Assembly (NCBI GenBank): GCA_051294375.1
Contig: JBJCIZ010000857.1
Location: 1 to 9,781, forward strand
Length of the DNA: 9,781 bases
Reading direction: 5' to 3'
DNA from: Paraspadella gotoi
Taxonomy: Eukaryota > Animalia > Chaetognatha
A model generated the notes under the pieces. That model saw only the letters and a list, made by a program, of their open reading frames with translations, searched no databases and was not told the DNA's origin. Shown here piece by piece: positions 7,583 through 9,781 of this stretch (the stretch's first letter is position 1; every line of letters begins with the position of its first letter). A program made the translations under genes and the position numbers.

Positions 7583-7608
7583 GGGGGGCGGGGAACAAGG
7601 GGTCGGGG
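7583..7608 (+). other. Canonical G-quadruplex motif containing a GC box
   Basis: Seen: GGGGGG-C-GGGG-AACAA-GGGG-TC-GGGG, four runs of at least 4 G with loops of 1, 5 and 2 nt; fits the established G3+N1-7 x4 rule; GGGGCGGGG at 7585-7593. Confidence 0.7.
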
Positions 7609-8039
7609 AAAAATAAAGTCTTGGTAACTGAAGAAAGATAAAAATTCAGGGAGCAGTGGTTTGACCCAGTGACGGTTTGGACAATAAATGTCATGAAGGA
7701 ATAATTCAGGAGAGGCGGGAAGGAAAGAAGTTACAATCTCTTGACTTTTGCGTTTTTATACGGGCGGATTTAATATTGTTATTCTTTCGTAATCTTCGGG
7801 GTTTGAGGGGCTTGATTTTTAAATTTTGCAATACAGTCAGTCCCTTTCTTTCCGTGCCGGAAATCCAAAAATAGAATTGGAAACAAGCATCAATTGACTT
7901 AATAGATTAAACCTATTTTCATCAGTAAAATAGTTTGGGAATTGAGCAAGCGAACATGGACTGACAGTCACTACTACTTAGACTGGCAACGAACCGATTC
8001 ATTATCAGCAAAGTCAATCTTTTGTTGACGCAATTATGA

Positions 8040-8218
8040 CTCTCCCTCGTCTCTCCTCTCTCTCTCTCTGTCTCTGCTCTCTCTCTCTCTGCTCTCTCTC
8101 TCTTCGTCTCTCTCTCTCTCGACGCTCTCTCTTCTCATCTCTCCTTCGCGTCTTCTCTCTCTCTCTCGTATCCATCGATGCTTTCTTTTCTTCTCGCTCT
8201 CTCTCTCTCTCATCTCTC
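8040..8218. repeat. Long degenerate (CT)n microsatellite
   Basis: Seen: ~180 bp CT-rich tract with G/A interruptions. Confidence 0.92.
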
Positions 8219-8236
8219 GGTTTTTCCTCGTGGATC

Positions 8237-8356
8237 ATGTCATGGCTTGAATCCATTTTGGATGATGTCATGAAAACAGGATCGCTCTCGTGGAATTGTC
8301 AATATGCAACAATCGAACTCCGGTTGACAAACCAGTGCGTTGAATGCCGCAAGTGG
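8237..8356 (+). CDS. Possible first coding exon (40 codons, phase-0 donor); product unknown
   Basis: Seen: ATCATG start, open frame MSWLESILDDVMKTGSLSWNCQYATIELRLTNQCVECRKW, donor-like G|GTGAGA at 8357. No recognised homology, so it may be chance. Confidence 0.13.
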
Positions 8357-9184
8357 GTGAGATGAGTGAAAAAAAAAAGAATGGGTATGCGGTTGCGGCG
8401 CCGAAAAGTATGTGGAGTATACATATGTTTTTTGGTTAGAGGGAGGAAATTGGTATACGTTGTTTGTTGTGAACAAAACAAAATAGTATAAAACATATCA
8501 GATTTAAAGACCGCTCGCTAACCAGAAAAGAAAAACATCATTTTAACGAAACGTTCATTTGCGGTTCTAAATACTTGCGGTTTAATACAAAGTCACAATG
8601 GACGTAGGTCAAGACGGCAACTATAATGCGTTTAATAAGTAGCCGGACTTTTTAGCATCTCCCCATATAGCTACGGATCGACGCGCCTCACACAGGCTTT
8701 ATATTTATTATTTCCGCCGGTGCGCATTCGTTGTATTTTGGCGTTAATTACAGTCGGCTTTCTGTGCCGCTCATAAGCAAATCACGTCTTCTGCGACAGG
8801 ATTTTGATATGACGATATGAAAAAATTACATAAAAAGGAGAGAAGAGAAAATAAGTCGTTTAATAACGACGAAGTTTCGGCCGTTGCGTAATCCTCGCGC
8901 CTTTCCGTGTCTTTGTCCCGTCGTCGCCGACGCTGGTTCCGTTTCGCTAATTTATTATTACTATTCGTCAATCCCATTGCGATGTCAGAAAACAAATTGT
9001 TCATTCTATCCAATGGCGAAGATTGGTGACAACAAACAGTCGGAGTTTGCAATCGTTTATTCTGTCTTTGCAGTCAGATATTTACAATTAGCGTGGGGCA
9101 ACAAACAAAAACAAAGTCCCGCGCCATCTACATAAACGATAACAACTCGATGACGACTGAAAGAAGGCAAGCGTAATGGTGCGC

Positions 9185-9350
9185 CTGGTGACCTACGTGA
9201 CCGCGAGATTCACGTCGGACCGTCGCCTTTTCCTTGGGGCGGGGGTTTGGGTTCGCGCCGCGGTTGAGGGCGCGTGCCAATCTCCTCGGCGATAGACCGT
9301 TCGACGAACCGAGCTTGGCACTGCACGGCGGCGGCACCTAAGGCGGGAAC
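9185..9350. promoter_or_regulatory. GC/CpG-rich promoter- or enhancer-like block
   Basis: Seen: TGACCT-acg-TGACCG 9189-9203, TACGTG 9194-9199, GGGGCGGGG 9236-9244, TTCGCGCC 9252-9259, GCCAAT 9276-9281, followed by poly-T-rich DNA. Function is inferred from motif co-occurrence only. Confidence 0.3.
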
Positions 9351-9781
9351 TTTTCGAGCAGGATCTTTTTTTTTTTCCGGTTCGGGTTGCGGGTCAGAAC
9401 AAAATTCTTTTCGAATTAACATCCTCCCCGTATCGGTTATTTTTTTTGCCCTAACAACTGTTGTAAAAAATAATATTTCGAGGACTGTGAGAAACTTTTT
9501 TTTTATCAAAATTTGTTTATTTTTATTTACAATTTTTAGCTGGTTTTTCTTCGCCAATCCCAACGTTACGTAAACAGCTCCGTGCGAAGAGGTCATCCGT
9601 TCATTTTTTTTGTTTGTTTTTTTCCATGCGGCAAAATTCGCTAAAAATGCGGTGGGACCAAGCGAATTAAAAAAAAAAGCTAAATATATTTATATGCTAA
9701 AATCTACTGTGTCTTCTTGTGTGTGTTATGGACGCACGGGCTCGAATCATTGCGGACCGAACGATTGGTCAGAAAAATATT

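Noticed and set aside
7173-7694. Longest ORF in the track (173 aa, minus strand)
   Set aside because: No recognisable domain; its length is explained by stop-poor G/C runs.
8299-8365. Minus-strand WFVNR resembling homeodomain helix 3 (WFQNRR)
   Set aside because: No basic tail, no helix 1-2 pattern, and a stop follows within a few codons.
1-9781. tRNA, rRNA, CRISPR array, operon or phage/defence system
   Set aside because: No cloverleaf or A/B boxes, no regularly spaced repeats with unique spacers, and no gene-dense prokaryotic organisation seen; the DNA looks eukaryotic and non-coding.

Overview
Eukaryotic, almost entirely non-coding DNA from a draft assembly with two N gaps (4964-5005, 5452-5462). 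It is probably intergenic or intronic DNA of an invertebrate animal: long A/T runs, many (CT)n/(GA)n microsatellites and plentiful CG dinucleotides. The taxon cannot be fixed from sequence alone. I recognise no protein family, tRNA, rRNA, CRISPR array or prokaryotic feature, and most ORFs in the track are translations of microsatellites. The best-supported structures are: (i) a ~600-bp AT-rich segment bracketed by a 17-bp inverted repeat (4274-4290/4851-4867), probably a decayed non-autonomous DNA transposon, containing a 76-codon minus-strand frame missing from the ORF track; (ii) a ~50-bp inverted repeat spanning the first gap; (iii) a low-confidence, phase-compatible two-exon model at 6366-6938; (iv) cis-regulatory-looking motif clusters, including Pho/YY1 cores near GAGA tracts, a homotypic TAATT cluster, and a GC-box/CCAAT/E2F cluster; (v) a canonical four-run G-quadruplex motif. 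I cannot support a novel multi-gene system here. The findings are leads, not discoveries.
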